Part shown: positions 29,710 through 40,128 of the stretch, piece after piece
How the letters are laid out: every line of letters starts with the position of its first letter
Position numbering within the stretch: position 1 is the stretch's first letter
Source: Halarcobacter sp.
Lineage (GTDB): Bacteria; Campylobacterota; Campylobacteria; Campylobacterales; Arcobacteraceae
DNA length: 64,000 nt
Direction: 5' to 3'
NCBI GenBank assembly: GCA_963676565.1
Contig: OY781089.1
Coordinates: 736,001-800,000, forward strand
Notes under the pieces: generated by a model
Told to the model about the DNA's origin: nothing
The model's input: only the letters and a program-made list of their open reading frames with translations
Databases searched by the model: none
Position numbers and translations under genes: made by a program

Positions 29710-31338
29710 ATGGTATTTAATATATTAGTTATAGATGATGAATTTTCATCAAGAAACTTTTCTTTTATTACAGATAGTCTAGACAATACTAAAATAAGTA
29801 TCTTAAGTGACTATAGCACTCTTAGTGCAGTTTTAAAAGAAGAAGCTATTCATATGATTATCATCAATCCTAATATCTTTTCTTTAGAAGAATTTAAAGA
29901 AATCATTGAAGAAAATAACTTAGATTATACTACAAATCCTATCTTGGTAATAACCAAAAAAAAAGATTTAAAAGTTGACTTTGATTTTATCTATGATTAT
30001 ATCAATTTTGAGATGTCTCAAGAACTGATTATTCGAAAAATACGATTTTGTAAAGAGCTTTTTGAGAGAGAACTTAATTATCAAACAAGCATAAATAAAC
30101 TTTTATATACAGATTCCTTGACCCAATTACCAAATCGTGTAAAACTAATAAAAGATTTACAAAATGGTTCTTTTCATATAGATGCCCTTGCCATAATTGA
30201 TATAAAAAACTTTAGAGGAATAAATGATTTTTTTGGTATTAGAATAGGTGACAAGGTTTTAAAACATACAAAAGAACTACTAACAAAATATATAGAATTG
30301 GTAAACAATCGTGCAGTCTTATATAAGTTTCCTTCAGATGTTTTTTGTTTAGCAAATAATGGATTATCAACAAAAGAGTTTCAAGATTTAGTTTTTTATA
30401 TGTTAAGCGGTATAAATCATCAAATCATAAAAGAACATGAATATGAAATAGACATCGACGCAGTTGCTGGTATAACCTTTTCCAAAAAAAAGAACAAACT
30501 TATTACTGCTGATTTAGCTCTTCAAAAAGCAAAATTAGAAAATAAACTATATCTTGTATTTTATGAAAAACTTGACAATCTAGTAGAATATGAAAACAAT
30601 ATGTATTGGACAAAAAAGTTAAAAAAGGCATTGCTTGATGATGATATTATTGTTTATTTCCAACCCATTTTAGATAACCATACAAAAAAGGTTGAGAAAT
30701 ATGAAGTTTTAGTAAGACTATATGATAAAGAAAAAGATGAGGTTGTCCTTCCTTATCGCTTTTTAGAGATATCAAAAAAAGCATGCTTATATAAAGATAT
30801 TACAAAAAATGTGATTGAAAAGTCTTTCAAAGAGTTTGAAAATCTTGATTATGAATTTTCAATAAATATTTCATATGAGGATATAAATGACCCAACATTT
30901 TTGATATATGTTGAAGAGATGTTAAAAAAATATCAAGTATCCAAAAGATTGACTTGGGAGATTCTAGAAGACGAAAATATAAAAAACTATGATGTTTTGA
31001 TATGTTTTATTAAAGCAGTTAAAAAGCTTGGTTGTAAAGTTGCCATTGATGATTTTGGTACGGGATATTCTAATTTTGAGCATCTATTAAATATGGATGT
31101 TGACTGTCTAAAAATAGATGCTTCTCTTGTAAAAAATATCGTGAAAGATAAAATAAGTTACAAAATTGTAGAAACAATAATAAAATTTGCAAAAAATCTA
31201 AATCTAAAAACTGTTGCTGAATTTGTGGAAAGTAAAGAGATTTTTGACTTAGTAAATAAATTAGATGTTGACTTTTCTCAAGGTAACTACATTAGCGAAC
31301 CTATAGAAAAGCCAAATTTCAAAGAGGATTTTATCTAA
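29710..31338 (+). CDS. Receiver-like/GGDEF(degenerate)/EAL phosphodiesterase
   Basis: ILVIDDE N-terminus, KFPSDVF degenerate GGDEF, EVL and DDFGTGYS. Confidence 0.85.
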   Translation: MVFNILVIDDEFSSRNFSFITDSLDNTKISILSDYSTLSAVLKEEAIHMIIINPNIFSLEEFKEIIEENNLDYTTNPILVITKKKDLKVDFDFIYDYINFEMSQELIIRKIRFCKELFERELNYQTSINKLLYTDSLTQLPNRVKLIKDLQNGSFHIDALAIIDIKNFRGINDFFGIRIGDKVLKHTKELLTKYIELVNNRAVLYKFPSDVFCLANNGLSTKEFQDLVFYMLSGINHQIIKEHEYEIDIDAVAGITFSKKKNKLITADLALQKAKLENKLYLVFYEKLDNLVEYENNMYWTKKLKKALLDDDIIVYFQPILDNHTKKVEKYEVLVRLYDKEKDEVVLPYRFLEISKKACLYKDITKNVIEKSFKEFENLDYEFSINISYEDINDPTFLIYVEEMLKKYQVSKRLTWEILEDENIKNYDVLICFIKAVKKLGCKVAIDDFGTGYSNFEHLLNMDVDCLKIDASLVKNIVKDKISYKIVETIIKFAKNLNLKTVAEFVESKEIFDLVNKLDVDFSQGNYISEPIEKPNFKEDFI

Positions 31339-31606
31339 GAAGACCATATCTTCTATGATGGTTTTTCTCTCTTATTCTTTTTATTTTGTGAAAGTATCTA
31401 TTGTTTTTTTGCTCTAATGCTTGTATCTTCTCCCAAAGTTTTTGAATTTTTATTTCATTGTGTCTGATTTTTTGTCTAAAGTCTGAGATTCTTTCTTTTT
31501 TTGGATTGACTTTTATAAAGTTGTCATAGTATCTATCAAATTGTTTTGCATTTAAACTTAATACACCTAAACTCATAATCAAACCTACAGCTAATAACTT
31601 TTTCAT
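31331..31606 (-). CDS. Small secreted basic coiled-coil protein
   Basis: AGGAG RBS, signal peptide ending LNA. Confidence 0.7.
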   Translation of the reverse strand: MKKLLAVGLIMSLGVLSLNAKQFDRYYDNFIKVNPKKERISDFRQKIRHNEIKIQKLWEKIQALEQKNNRYFHKIKRIREKNHHRRYGLLR

Positions 31607-31668
31607 TTTTTACTCCTTAAAGTTTATATGTGAAAGTTTAAGAACAAAAAGTGAAACTATCGTGAATA

Positions 31669-33882
31669 CTAACTTTTAGGAATCCTAATAGAAAAAACAG
31701 CACCATATTTATTATTTGATGCTTCTAGGTTTCCATTACAATGTTTATTTATAATTGTTCTACTCATATGTAGACCAAGTCCTGTGCCATCTCTATTTTT
31801 TTTAGTAGAAAAATATGCTTCAAAAATCTTATCAATTAACTCTTCTTTTATCCCACCTGCATTGTCATTTATTGTTAGGAGTATATAATTGTCTTCTTCT
31901 TTTGTCTCTATGAAGATTTTTTTATCTTCTATTTTTCTCTCTATTAATACATCTTCTGCATTTTTTAATATATTTAATATCACTTGTTTTACTTCATTTT
32001 CATATGTAGAAACTTTTTGCTTACAATTGTAGTTTTTGAATATCTTTATATCATTTGTTTCAAGGGATAGTTTTATGATATTTAATGATTTATCAGCTAA
32101 CTCTTCAAAGGAAACCGTTGTTTCTTCTTTTTCTGCTTTGAAAAAGTTTCTAAAGTCATCTATAGTAGAAGATAAGTGATTTGTATATGTAGATATTAAG
32201 TTAAGTTCATCGTTAAGTTCTTTTGAATTTATCTCTTTCCCTACCATATTTTTAAGTAATAAAGCATTTGTAGTAGCTGATAAGGCAGTAAGAGGTTGTC
32301 TCCACTGATGTGCTATCATACTTAACATTTCTCCTTGTTGCGCTAGTTTTTGTTGGTGCATTATTAGTAATTGTTGATTTTCAAGTTTTTTTTGTGCAAG
32401 AACTTTTTCTGTTCTATTAATAATATATCCATTTATATGATTTAGGTTATTTTCATTGTCATAAGAGTATTGCCAATGAATAGATATGAATTTTAGTTTT
32501 GTTATGTCTGAATCAAGGATTAATCTAAATTCAAATTTACTAATATCTTGTTTTAAAAGTGCTTGTTCTTTTATTTTCAACATATCTTCTCTATCCTCTG
32601 GATGGACAAGATTAAAAAAATGTTCAAAACTAATTACATCTTCATCAACTTCATATATCTTTTTTGCAGGTTCATCTAAGTGTATAGTGTCATTATGCAT
32701 ATCGTATGTCCATATACCCATTTTTGCTAGGATTTGCATCTCCTTTAGTTTTTGAGCATACTCTTTACTTTTGTTCTTTTCTGTATTGATACGATTATAA
32801 ATACGAAACAAGATTAAAGAAAGAAAAGCAAAAGATTCTATTATTGAACCAATTTGCATACTTACAAGTCCATAACTAGTATCAATAATTCCCGTAAAAT
32901 ATAAAGCACAATACATAGAGGTATTGATAAAAGTGAACATTCCAATAAAAATAAATAAACTATATTTTACTTTTTTAATAATCATATATAGTACAAATAA
33001 AAATAGAGATATCAATCCAAAATTTATTACCACTAGTTCAATAAAAAGATCAACATAATAACTAAAATTAAAAAGTAGTAAGATGATTCCTAATGAGCAC
33101 ATTGCTATTATTGCATGAAATAAATATTTTGTGAAACTGTATTTATTGACTTGTTTTTTAAAAAAGTTTTTAATAAATAAAGTAGTACCAATCAATGCTG
33201 CAAGTGCAAGAATCTCAGCATATTTAACTAAATTGGGGATATCTACGTACATTAAGATGTAACCAGAATGATATATCTGAAAAATCATAGTTATAAATAT
33301 AAAATAAATATAATAGATAAATAGTTTCTCTCTAAATATAAAAAATATGATTATGGCACTAGTTAAAATCAATGTCATTATAGAAAGATATATCATAAAA
33401 ACATTTTCATAAAAATCATTATATTTATCTACTTCATTATATGATTTAAAAATATCAAAGGCATAAGTTGCATTGTATTTAGGTAATATTTTTACAAAGA
33501 CTGTTTTAGTACTATTTTGTTCAAGTTCTACTTTAAAAGTATCTGTTACATATGGAAGTTGTTTGTTTTTAAATGAAACGCTTGAACCGCCTTTTAGAAT
33601 ATTGTTTTCATCATAGAGTTCTATTTTATAAAGAAAGGCTTCTCTAAATCTAATATATTGGGAGGAAGCATATTTTAAGTCATTTTCCAAAGTGATACTT
33701 AGCCAGATTACAGATTGTGTTGCTGCAAAACTTGGTCTATTTGTTTTCTTAAAAATTGAATGTTGGTTTTTTTTGATATAGTCTAATGTTTTATTTCCAT
33801 TTATATCTTCATATACTAAATATTCTGCATTTAAAAAAGAGAAAAAAAATAAAAGTATTAATAGTTTAAATTTCAAGTTCAT
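31669..33882 (-). CDS. 7TM-DISM/PAS sensor histidine kinase
   Basis: Extracellular domain, 7 TM helices, VHPEDR PAS, IAHQWRQPL H-box, DNAGG, GTGLGL. Confidence 0.9.
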   Translation of the reverse strand: MNLKFKLLILLFFFSFLNAEYLVYEDINGNKTLDYIKKNQHSIFKKTNRPSFAATQSVIWLSITLENDLKYASSQYIRFREAFLYKIELYDENNILKGGSSVSFKNKQLPYVTDTFKVELEQNSTKTVFVKILPKYNATYAFDIFKSYNEVDKYNDFYENVFMIYLSIMTLILTSAIIIFFIFREKLFIYYIYFIFITMIFQIYHSGYILMYVDIPNLVKYAEILALAALIGTTLFIKNFFKKQVNKYSFTKYLFHAIIAMCSLGIILLLFNFSYYVDLFIELVVINFGLISLFLFVLYMIIKKVKYSLFIFIGMFTFINTSMYCALYFTGIIDTSYGLVSMQIGSIIESFAFLSLILFRIYNRINTEKNKSKEYAQKLKEMQILAKMGIWTYDMHNDTIHLDEPAKKIYEVDEDVISFEHFFNLVHPEDREDMLKIKEQALLKQDISKFEFRLILDSDITKLKFISIHWQYSYDNENNLNHINGYIINRTEKVLAQKKLENQQLLIMHQQKLAQQGEMLSMIAHQWRQPLTALSATTNALLLKNMVGKEINSKELNDELNLISTYTNHLSSTIDDFRNFFKAEKEETTVSFEELADKSLNIIKLSLETNDIKIFKNYNCKQKVSTYENEVKQVILNILKNAEDVLIERKIEDKKIFIETKEEDNYILLTINDNAGGIKEELIDKIFEAYFSTKKNRDGTGLGLHMSRTIINKHCNGNLEASNNKYGAVFSIRIPKS

Positions 33883-34391
33883 AATCCGGAGTAATCAAAG
33901 GGTAAAGTTTTATAAGGGGAATATTACCATAAATAGGTTTATAGGAATAAATACTTAATTGATATCTAAATATGAAAAATAATATTAGTCAACAATTATT
34001 GCACCATGTTAAAATTTAAACATAGCATGTATAAAAAATAGGTATATTAAATGTACAATTAATGTTAAAAAATATCTTTACAAAAAAATCTCCAAGTTAT
34101 AAAATACTTTTACGAAACACATGAGGTACTAAACAATACTAAAATTACTAAACTTTAGTATCTGTAGTTCCCTAACTTTTGATTTCATAGATTTTTAGAA
34201 AAATGTTTATTTATCTAAAAAATAAAAGTACCTCACTTTATGTTTTATACTCTATTTTGAAGAAAATGAGTTTAAATAATTGTTCAAAAATAAAATGAAC
34301 TAAAAAAAATAATATTTTAAAGCTTATTTTCAAAAGAAAAGTCATGGTGGATTCATTTTGAATCTTAATTATGAAGGACTAAGGAAAAAAA

Positions 34392-35492
34392 ATGACTAAG
34401 AACAGAAGAGATTTTATAAAGAAAACAGGTTTAGCAGGAATAGGTGCAGCAATAGCAGCTCCATCATTAGCAAACGCAGCAGTATCAGAAAAAAAATTTA
34501 GATGGAAGATGACAAACTGTTATGGAGCAGGGGCACCATTTTATTCTACTGGTCCTGGAAGTGCAAGTTACTTTTGTGATAGAGTTGAAGAATTATCTAG
34601 TGGTAGATTAAGAATTAAACATTATCCAGCAGGTGAACTAATCCCAGCAATGGAAGGGTTTGATGCAGTTTCTAAAGGAACTATTCAAATGAACTGGGGT
34701 AACTCATTTTTCTGGGCAGGTAAAACTTTCGCAGCTCAATACTTTACAGCAGTACCATTTGGTATGAACTTCCAAGGAACAAACGCTTGGTTACAATTTG
34801 GTGGAGGTCAAGAGCTTTGGGATGAGGTATATAAACCATTTAATGTTATTGGTCTAGCAGCAGGTAACACAGGTGTTCAAATGACAGGATGGTTTAAAAA
34901 AGAGATAAATTCTGTTGAAGATTTAAAAGGTCTTAGAATGAGAGTACCAGGTCTTGCTGGTAAAGTTTTAGAACAGCTTGGAGTGGGAGTTAAACTTCTT
35001 CCTGGTGGAGAGATTTTCCCAGCTTTAGAAAGAGGAGTTATTGATGCAGCAGAATTTGTAGGGCCTTTCCAAGATAGAAGAATGGGATTACATAAAGCTG
35101 CAAAAAACTACTATACAACAGGATGGGGAGAACCAAGTAATACAAGTGAGTGTTTAATCAACAAAGATGCATGGGATTCTTTACCAAAAGATTTACAAGT
35201 TATTGTAAAAGCAGTTGCTGCAGAGTGTAATCTTATGGGATTATCTTGGTCTGAAGCAAACAACTCAGAAGCATTAAAAGATTTAGTTGAAAATGAAGGG
35301 GTAATAGCTAGAACTTTACCTGATGAAGTAATAGAAAAACTAAGAGAAACTACCTTTGCTACATATGATAAATTAACAGCAAAAGATCCTTTAGTAAAAA
35401 AAGTTCACGACAGTTACTTTGCTTTTAAAGCGATGCATGATGATTGGCAAAATAAAAGTGAAGAAGTTGTGATGACTAAGTTATCATCATGA
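34392..35492 (+). CDS. dctP: TRAP substrate-binding protein (TakP-like 2-oxoacid subfamily), Tat signal
   Basis: RRDFIK twin-arginine signal, GNTGVQMTGWF, ALERGVIDAAEFVGP. Confidence 0.85.
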   Translation: MTKNRRDFIKKTGLAGIGAAIAAPSLANAAVSEKKFRWKMTNCYGAGAPFYSTGPGSASYFCDRVEELSSGRLRIKHYPAGELIPAMEGFDAVSKGTIQMNWGNSFFWAGKTFAAQYFTAVPFGMNFQGTNAWLQFGGGQELWDEVYKPFNVIGLAAGNTGVQMTGWFKKEINSVEDLKGLRMRVPGLAGKVLEQLGVGVKLLPGGEIFPALERGVIDAAEFVGPFQDRRMGLHKAAKNYYTTGWGEPSNTSECLINKDAWDSLPKDLQVIVKAVAAECNLMGLSWSEANNSEALKDLVENEGVIARTLPDEVIEKLRETTFATYDKLTAKDPLVKKVHDSYFAFKAMHDDWQNKSEEVVMTKLSS

Positions 35493-35998
35493 AAAACCTG
35501 GCTGTAATTTCAAATAAACTCGATGCGTTCGTTGAACGCATCGGTCAGATTAGTTCATGGTTAATATTTATTTTAGTTTTGATGGTTGCAGGAGATGTTC
35601 TTTTTAGATATTTTTTTCATATAAGTTCTATTGCAGAACAAGAACTTCAATGGCATATCTTAGCTGCTATTGCAATGTTTGGCTCAGCTTTTACTTTCCA
35701 ACAAAAAGAACATGTTCGAGTTGACCTTTTTTATCATCACTACAGTGAAAAAGTAAAACAAATGATGGATATCTTAATTCCTCTTTTTATAATAATTCCT
35801 TTTTCAATTTTTATAATTTATTTATCAAGTGACTATGTAATGCAGTCATATCATAATGGTGAAGTTTCTCCTGATCCTGGTGGACTACCATATAGATATT
35901 TAGTTAAATCATTAATTCCAATTGGATTTACTTTGATTTTTATTCAAGCTTTAGCTGTTTTATTTAAAGCAGTCTCAAGATTTATAGGGGAGAGATAA
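35489..35998 (+). CDS. dctQ: TRAP small permease
   Basis: ELQWH, HVRVD, SPDPGG; 4 TM. Confidence 0.9.
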   Translation: MKNLAVISNKLDAFVERIGQISSWLIFILVLMVAGDVLFRYFFHISSIAEQELQWHILAAIAMFGSAFTFQQKEHVRVDLFYHHYSEKVKQMMDILIPLFIIIPFSIFIIYLSSDYVMQSYHNGEVSPDPGGLPYRYLVKSLIPIGFTLIFIQALAVLFKAVSRFIGER

Positions 35999-36001
35999 TT
36001 A

Positions 36002-37327
36002 ATGGATCCACAAATTTTAGCAATTATGATGGTTGTATCTTTGTTTACCCTAATTATATTAGGAGTTCCTGTTGCCTTTGCTATTGCAGGTGCTGGACTT
36101 CTATTTGGAGTTATTGGTGTAGATTTAAATCTATTTAATCTTCTCCCTTCAAGAATTTTTGGAGTACTTACAAACTATACTCTTTTAGCAATTCCTCTTT
36201 TTGTTTTTATGGGAATACTTTTAGAAAAATCCCGTTTAGCTGAAAAGATGTTAGATGTTTTAGGACTTTTATCTGGTAAAAAACCTGGCGGGATGGCAAT
36301 TGCAATTATTGTTGTAGGTATTCTTATGGGTGCTTCAACAGGTATCGTTGGAGCAACAGTTGTAACTCTTACAATGATTGCCTTACCAACACTTTTAAAA
36401 AGAAATTATTCTCATAGTGTTTCTTGTGGGACAATTTGTGCCTCTGGAACATTGGGGCAAATTTTACCTCCAAGTTTAGTGTTGATTTTACTTGCAGACA
36501 TTAGTGGTGAAGCTATTGGCCCATTGTTCGCAGCAGCACTTATGCCAGGACTTTTATTGGCAACTTGCTACATTGTGTATATTATTATTTTAAGTAAGTT
36601 TGCACCACACCATGTGCCACCAATTGATGAAGAGGAAAGAAATACTTACACAAAAAAAGAGTTATGGATAGAGTTTTTTAAATCAGTTGCACCTCCATTT
36701 TTACTTATTTTTGCAGTATTAGGTTCTATTATTGGAGGACTTGCAGCCCCTACTGAGGCTGCTTCGATGGGAGCAATTGGTTCTTTGATAATTGTATTTT
36801 TAAGTAAAAGACTAAGTTTAGAAATTTTAAAAGAAACTTTATATGAAACTATGAAAGTGACTGGTATGATTATGTTTGTCCTTATCGCCTCTCAAGTTTT
36901 CGGATTAAGTTTTAGAGGATTAGATGGGGATTATTTAGTTGAAGATCTTTTTGATGCAATACCAGGGGGAATGTGGGGAGCAATTCTATTTATGATGGTG
37001 GTTTTATTTATTTTAGGGTTTTTCTTAGAATGGATTGAAATATCATATATTGTATTGCCATTAGTGTTACCTATATTTCATGCTTTGGATGTAAATATGA
37101 TTTGGTTAGGGATTTTAATCGCACTAAATCTCCAATCATCATTTTTAACTCCGCCCTTTGGTTGGTCACTCTTTTTCCTAAAAGGTGTAGCACCAAAAGA
37201 GATTAAAACAATGGAAATATATAAGGGAGTTCTTCCATTTATTGCAATTCAAATTATAGTAATTGCACTTGTGATGGTCTTCCCAGAAATAGCCCTTTGG
37301 CTACCAAAAGCAATAGGATGGATGTAA
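36002..37327 (+). CDS. dctM: TRAP large permease
   Basis: LLAIPLF, SGTLGQILPPS, PTEAA, LTPPFG. Confidence 0.9.
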   Translation: MDPQILAIMMVVSLFTLIILGVPVAFAIAGAGLLFGVIGVDLNLFNLLPSRIFGVLTNYTLLAIPLFVFMGILLEKSRLAEKMLDVLGLLSGKKPGGMAIAIIVVGILMGASTGIVGATVVTLTMIALPTLLKRNYSHSVSCGTICASGTLGQILPPSLVLILLADISGEAIGPLFAAALMPGLLLATCYIVYIIILSKFAPHHVPPIDEEERNTYTKKELWIEFFKSVAPPFLLIFAVLGSIIGGLAAPTEAASMGAIGSLIIVFLSKRLSLEILKETLYETMKVTGMIMFVLIASQVFGLSFRGLDGDYLVEDLFDAIPGGMWGAILFMMVVLFILGFFLEWIEISYIVLPLVLPIFHALDVNMIWLGILIALNLQSSFLTPPFGWSLFFLKGVAPKEIKTMEIYKGVLPFIAIQIIVIALVMVFPEIALWLPKAIGWM

Positions 37328-37328
37328 T

Positions 37329-38927
37329 ATGAATATAAGTTTACCAAAAACTCAAACTTCAAAAAATGGGATGGTAGTTTCACCTCATTTCGCAGCTTCA
37401 GATGCTGGATTAGATATTTTAAAGCAGGGTGGAAATGCCCTTGAAGCAACAATTGCAGTTGCCTCTTCTTTGGCAATTCATTACCCACATATGACAGGGA
37501 TTGGTGGAGATGCCTTTTGGTTAGTTTATGACCCACAAGAGGGTGTTAGTTTTATTGAAGCTTCTGGATACTCTGGGTTTGATGTGAATATGAGTTATTA
37601 TGAAGGTTTAAAAACAATCCCTTTTAGGGGAAGATTGGCAGCAAATACTGCTGCTGGTGCAGTTTCTGCTTGGGATTTAGCTTACAAAAAAAGTAAAGAT
37701 GAATGGGCTGGGAAAATCCCAGAATCAAAGCTTGTAGAAGAAGCAGTGAATTCTGCTAAAAATGGAATAGTTGTAACAAAATCTTTAAGTGAAACTTTAG
37801 AAGAGAAAAAAGAAGAATTAAGTGTTGATGAATATTTTGCAAAGGTTTATTACCCAAATGGAAATACTCCAAAAGAGGGTGAAAAACTTGTTCAAGAAAA
37901 ACTTGGAAATACTTTAGAAACTCTTGGGACTAATGGTTTTGATGATTTTTATAGGGGTGAGTTAGCAAAAGAGATATCAAGTGATTTTGAAAAAAGAGAT
38001 GCCTTATTAACAAGTAAGGATTTAAACGAACACAAGGCATCTTGGAACAAACCTTTGGAAATGAATATGAGCAAAGGAAAACTTTTTAATGCTTCTGCTC
38101 CAACGCAAGGTATTGCTTCCCTTATGATTTTAGGGCTTTTTGATAGATGGTGTGAAAAACTTCCATCAAAAGATTCTACAAACCATGTGCATCTTTTAGT
38201 AGAAGCTACAAAAATAGCTTTTAAACATAGAGACAAGATGGATACAAGTGCAAGTCCAGAAGAGCTACAAAAATGGATAGAACCAGAATACTTAGACAAA
38301 CTAAGTTTAGAGCTTGATTTAGAAAAAGCATTTCCTTGGGGAGAAAACGCAGCTCCTGGTGATACAACTTGGTTTGGTGTAATAGATAGTGAAGGTAGAG
38401 TTGTAAGTGCCATACAAAGTATTTACCATGAGTTTGGAAGTGGTTTAACTCTTCCAAATACTGGTATTGTTTGGCAAAATAGAGGTTGTAGTTTCGCCCT
38501 TGATTCAACTCATATACAATCTTTAGAGCCACATAAAAAACCATTTCATACTTTAAATCCTGCAATTGCATTATTTGATGATGGAAGAGTTATGGCCTAT
38601 GGAACTATGGGTGGAGATGGTCAACCTCAAACACAAGCAGCAGTTTTTTCTAGATATGCTTATTATGATGAAGATTTGTCAGCTTGTATAAATAACCCTA
38701 GATGGTTATTAGGAAGAACATGGGGAAATTCATCTCAAAGTTTAAAATTAGAGTCACGATTTGATAAAGAGTTAATTAATGAGTTAAAACAAAAAGGTCA
38801 TGATGTTGAGATATTAAAAGATTTAGATTCTGCAGTTGGCCATGCTGGAGCATTGGTTTATCATCCTTCTAAAACGATAGAAGGGGCATTTGACCCAAGA
38901 AGTGATGGAAAAGCTTCAAGCTTTTAA
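37329..38927 (+). CDS. hpxW: Gamma-glutamyltransferase-family Ntn hydrolase, oxamate amidohydrolase-like
   Basis: PGDTTW nucleophile site, QSIYHEFGSG, PFHTLNPA, MGGDGQPQTQ, PRWLLGRTWG, as recalled from Klebsiella HpxW. Confidence 0.7.
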   Translation: MNISLPKTQTSKNGMVVSPHFAASDAGLDILKQGGNALEATIAVASSLAIHYPHMTGIGGDAFWLVYDPQEGVSFIEASGYSGFDVNMSYYEGLKTIPFRGRLAANTAAGAVSAWDLAYKKSKDEWAGKIPESKLVEEAVNSAKNGIVVTKSLSETLEEKKEELSVDEYFAKVYYPNGNTPKEGEKLVQEKLGNTLETLGTNGFDDFYRGELAKEISSDFEKRDALLTSKDLNEHKASWNKPLEMNMSKGKLFNASAPTQGIASLMILGLFDRWCEKLPSKDSTNHVHLLVEATKIAFKHRDKMDTSASPEELQKWIEPEYLDKLSLELDLEKAFPWGENAAPGDTTWFGVIDSEGRVVSAIQSIYHEFGSGLTLPNTGIVWQNRGCSFALDSTHIQSLEPHKKPFHTLNPAIALFDDGRVMAYGTMGGDGQPQTQAAVFSRYAYYDEDLSACINNPRWLLGRTWGNSSQSLKLESRFDKELINELKQKGHDVEILKDLDSAVGHAGALVYHPSKTIEGAFDPRSDGKASSF

Positions 38928-38939
38928 GGATGTATATTT

Positions 38940-39746
38940 ATGAATGAATTATTGATTTTAATCCCTATTTTACTTGCAAGTGGAGTAGTTGCTGGCTTGC
39001 TTGCAGGCTTACTTGGTGTTGGTGGAGGGATTGTAATAGTTCCGATGTTATATCATATTTTTATATATATGAATATTGATATCTCTATTGCTATGCCTTT
39101 AGCTATTGGAACATCACTTTCAACTATAGTTGTAACTTCAATTATCTCTGCACGTTCTCACCATAAAAAAGGTGGAATTGATTGGGAGTTAGCAAAAAGA
39201 TGGATACCTTTTGTGATATTTGGAGTATTACTTGGAGCATCCTCTTCAAAGTTTATTGATGGGACAAATTTAAAATTTATGTTTGGTATTTTGCTTTTAG
39301 TTGTATCTTTACATATGATTGTTAGTAGCTTCAAAAGTTTAGTTATTGCCCAATCTTTACCTGGTAAATTTGGTCAATCGATTTTTGCAGTACTTCTTGG
39401 TGGCTTTGCCTCATTACTTGGAATTGGAGGAGGGACACTTATGGTTCCACTTCTTTCACTATTTTCATTTCCAATTCATAGAGCTGTTAGTACGGCTTCT
39501 TTGTTTGGGCTTATTATTAGTATCCCTGCAACAATTGGTTATATAATCGTTGGATGGGATGTTGAAAATCTTCCTTTAGCTTCAACAGGTTATGTAAACT
39601 GGTTAGCTTTTGCAGTACTTGTTCCCATGACAATGTTTTTTGCTCCTTATGGAGTAAAGTTAGCATATAAATTAAATGTAAAGCAGTTGAAACTAGCTTT
39701 TGCTATATTTTTATTATGTGTTGGAATAAAGATGGTTTTTGTATAA
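38940..39746 (+). CDS. TauE/SafE family anion exporter
   Basis: GLLGVGGG..VP repeated as LGIGGG..VP; AIGTSL. Confidence 0.85.
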   Translation: MNELLILIPILLASGVVAGLLAGLLGVGGGIVIVPMLYHIFIYMNIDISIAMPLAIGTSLSTIVVTSIISARSHHKKGGIDWELAKRWIPFVIFGVLLGASSSKFIDGTNLKFMFGILLLVVSLHMIVSSFKSLVIAQSLPGKFGQSIFAVLLGGFASLLGIGGGTLMVPLLSLFSFPIHRAVSTASLFGLIISIPATIGYIIVGWDVENLPLASTGYVNWLAFAVLVPMTMFFAPYGVKLAYKLNVKQLKLAFAIFLLCVGIKMVFV

Positions 39747-39830
39747 AACCATCTTTATCACTCTTCTTACCACTAGATTTTTTAATTATAAACATAGTAT
39801 CTTTTTAACTTCTAATAAATAGGAGATAAA

Positions 39831-40112
39831 ATGAAAAAATTAATTTTACTATTTACCTTAGCTATTTTTACTATCTCAGCAAATGCTGTTAGTTTTTCAT
39901 GGCTTGAAGGAAAGTTCAAAAATGGTGGAACAATCGATTCAGTGATGAATGAAGTTGATGCCGCTGGATGGGATTTTAGAACTTATACTTGGATTGATGC
40001 TGCAGGTAGAGTTTGTACGGTTGTTTTTACAGAAAACAAAGGTGGAAATCCTGATTGTGATTTTCCTCCAAAAGATTTTGATTATGATGCTTTTTATAAA
40101 AAAATGAAATAA
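39831..40112 (+). CDS. Small secreted hypothetical protein
   Basis: AGGAG RBS, signal peptide ANA, two Cys. Confidence 0.75.
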   Translation: MKKLILLFTLAIFTISANAVSFSWLEGKFKNGGTIDSVMNEVDAAGWDFRTYTWIDAAGRVCTVVFTENKGGNPDCDFPPKDFDYDAFYKKMK

Positions 40113-40128
40113 GAACTTAGGATAGATT

